A stretch of DNA of 64,000 nt from Acidimicrobiia bacterium. GTDB lineage: Bacteria > Actinomycetota > Acidimicrobiia > Spongiisociales > ZC4RG35. Position numbers and translations under genes: made by a program. Shown here one piece after another: positions 62,838 through 64,000 of this stretch. The stretch is taken from contig JBEVJN010000065.1 in the NCBI GenBank assembly GCA_040510135.1, forward strand, positions 22,070 through 86,069, read 5' to 3'. Every line of letters begins with the position of its first letter. Positions within the stretch are counted from its first letter, which is position 1. The notes below the pieces were generated by a model, which searched no databases, had not been told where the DNA came from, and was given only the letters and a program-made list of their open reading frames with translations.

Positions 62838-63953
62838 GTGGCGAGAAGCATCGGGATACTCACGGCCGGCGGGGACAGCCCCGGTCTGAATGCCGCCATA
62901 AGGGCGGTGGGCAAGGCCGCCCAGCGCGCCTTTGGGATGCATGTCATCGGCTTCTACGACGGGTTTCTGGGGCTGATGCAAAACCGTTTCGTTCGATTCG
63001 ACTCGGATTCCCTCTCCGGCATCCTCACCCGAGGAGGGACAGTCCTCGGCACCAGCCGAGCCAAGGTCGACAAGATGGAGATGGGCGATGGACGACGCAT
63101 GGACATGCGGTCGCTGATGCGTGACGTCGTCGATCAGCACGATCTCGAGGCCCTGGTGGTCCTCGGTGGCGATGGCACGATGCGCAACGCCCTCAAGCTC
63201 GAGGATGTCGGCATCAATGTGCTCGCGCTTCCCAAGACGATCGACAACGACGTCACCGGCACCGACGTGACGTTTGGCTTCGACACCGCGATGGGCATTG
63301 CCACCGAAGCCATCGACCGTCTGCATTCCACCGCCCACTCCCATCATCGGATCATCCTTGCCGAGGTGATGGGGCATGAGGTGGGATGGCTGGCCCTCGG
63401 GGCCGGGCTGGCCGGTGGGGCCGATGTGATCCTCATCCCCGAGATCCCATACGACATCGAGGCCATCGCCGCGTCGGTCCAGGCCAGGAAAGCTGCCGGT
63501 AGCGCCTTTTCCATCATCGCAGTGGCCGAGGGGGCGTATTCCAGAGACGACGCTCGAGTGCGGGCCTCGTTAAGGGCCAAAATCGAGGACGCCGACGGTG
63601 ACGAGCGACGCGTCCTGAAGGAAAGACTGACCAGCCTCGCTCGGTCAGCCCGGACCGAGAAGCTCGCAGCCGCGCTCGAGGATGCCACCGGGCTCGAGTC
63701 GAGGGTCACCATCCTCGGCCACGTCCAACGCGGCGGCACACCCTCCCCTGCCGACCGTCTGCTCGCTACCAGGCTGGGCACCGCTACCGCCGCGTACATC
63801 GCCGATGGCGTGCACGGGGTGCTGGTTGCGGCCAGAGGGCAGTCGACCGAGCCGGTGCCTCTCAAGGAGATTGCCGGGGTCACCAAATTCGTGCCACACG
63901 ATCATCCGTGGGTCGACTCCACCCGAAGCCTGGGCATCGTCCTCGGAGACTGA
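62838..63953 (+). CDS. pfkA: 6-phosphofructokinase (ATP- or PPi-dependent)
   Basis: [25 protein letters not shown] and PKTIDNDV motifs. The start is taken at GTG 62838. The ORF-track N-terminal 40 aa are non-homologous. Confidence 0.9.
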   Translation: MARSIGILTAGGDSPGLNAAIRAVGKAAQRAFGMHVIGFYDGFLGLMQNRFVRFDSDSLSGILTRGGTVLGTSRAKVDKMEMGDGRRMDMRSLMRDVVDQHDLEALVVLGGDGTMRNALKLEDVGINVLALPKTIDNDVTGTDVTFGFDTAMGIATEAIDRLHSTAHSHHRIILAEVMGHEVGWLALGAGLAGGADVILIPEIPYDIEAIAASVQARKAAGSAFSIIAVAEGAYSRDDARVRASLRAKIEDADGDERRVLKERLTSLARSARTEKLAAALEDATGLESRVTILGHVQRGGTPSPADRLLATRLGTATAAYIADGVHGVLVAARGQSTEPVPLKEIAGVTKFVPHDHPWVDSTRSLGIVLGD

Positions 63954-63955
63954 GG

Positions 63956-64000
63956 TGACTCTGCTTGGTGCTGTCCTCGCCGGTGGAGCGAGCCGACGAA
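63956..64000 (+). CDS. 5' end of a nucleotidyltransferase (MobA-like) gene, runs off the window
   Basis: GTG 63956 opens VTLLGAVLAGGASRR, the LAGGxSxR N-terminal motif of MobA/NTP_transf_3 proteins. Only 15 codons are visible. Confidence 0.35.

Overview
High-GC, actinobacterial-type chromosomal segment. It is densely coded, with about 70 protein genes and 2 tRNAs, many GTG/TTG starts, frequent 4-nt ATGA/GTGA start-stop overlaps and several apparently leaderless genes. All family assignments come from motif recognition in the supplied ORF translations; no database search was run.

Gene content by region:
- 0.2-17.7 kb is an envelope/accessory stretch. It holds an LPXTG surface protein, a glutamate decarboxylase operon, tRNA-Asp and tRNA-Phe, a MocR regulator with an EamA exporter, and a bacterial lysyl-oxidase homolog next to a small secreted protein. 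It also holds a Tat-exported PhoX-like protein, a bactofilin-like membrane protein, two RibD_C paralogs (one fused to a class III cyclase), a decayed alpha/beta-hydrolase gene and a CxC/TIMP-like beta-propeller protein.
- 17.7-29.3 kb holds small regulator/detox modules (ArsR types, VOC, SRPBCC, RidA, MFS), a PLP dehydratase, a GAF histidine kinase and a tusA-dsrE sulfur-relay pair.
- 30.5-36.4 kb holds valine/leucine dehydrogenase, a fused E1 alpha/beta keto-acid dehydrogenase, argS and a GNAT.
- 36.4-44.9 kb is a seven-gene translationally coupled minus-strand operon: hyuA, an AlkD-like gene, hyuB, glcD, glcE, glcF and a membrane protein.
- The remainder holds glnA, corA, purA-purD, alkB, purE, an acyl-CoA dehydrogenase, a YcaQ-like glycosylase, purB, purC-purS-purQ-purL and pfk.

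Most interesting non-genic signals:
1. A polycysteine short ORF plus an intrinsic terminator in the tusA-dsrE leader, a candidate Cys-sensing attenuator.
2. A ~145-nt nested-palindrome element present twice, upstream of glnA and of purB in the same relative orientation, with conserved stems and divergent loops.
3. A hairpin followed by T-rich heptamer repeats (TTCTACG-like) at three gene ends.
4. A perfect LexA/Cheo box over the alkB start.
5. A perfect CRP-type box next to a 13-bp-stem hairpin.
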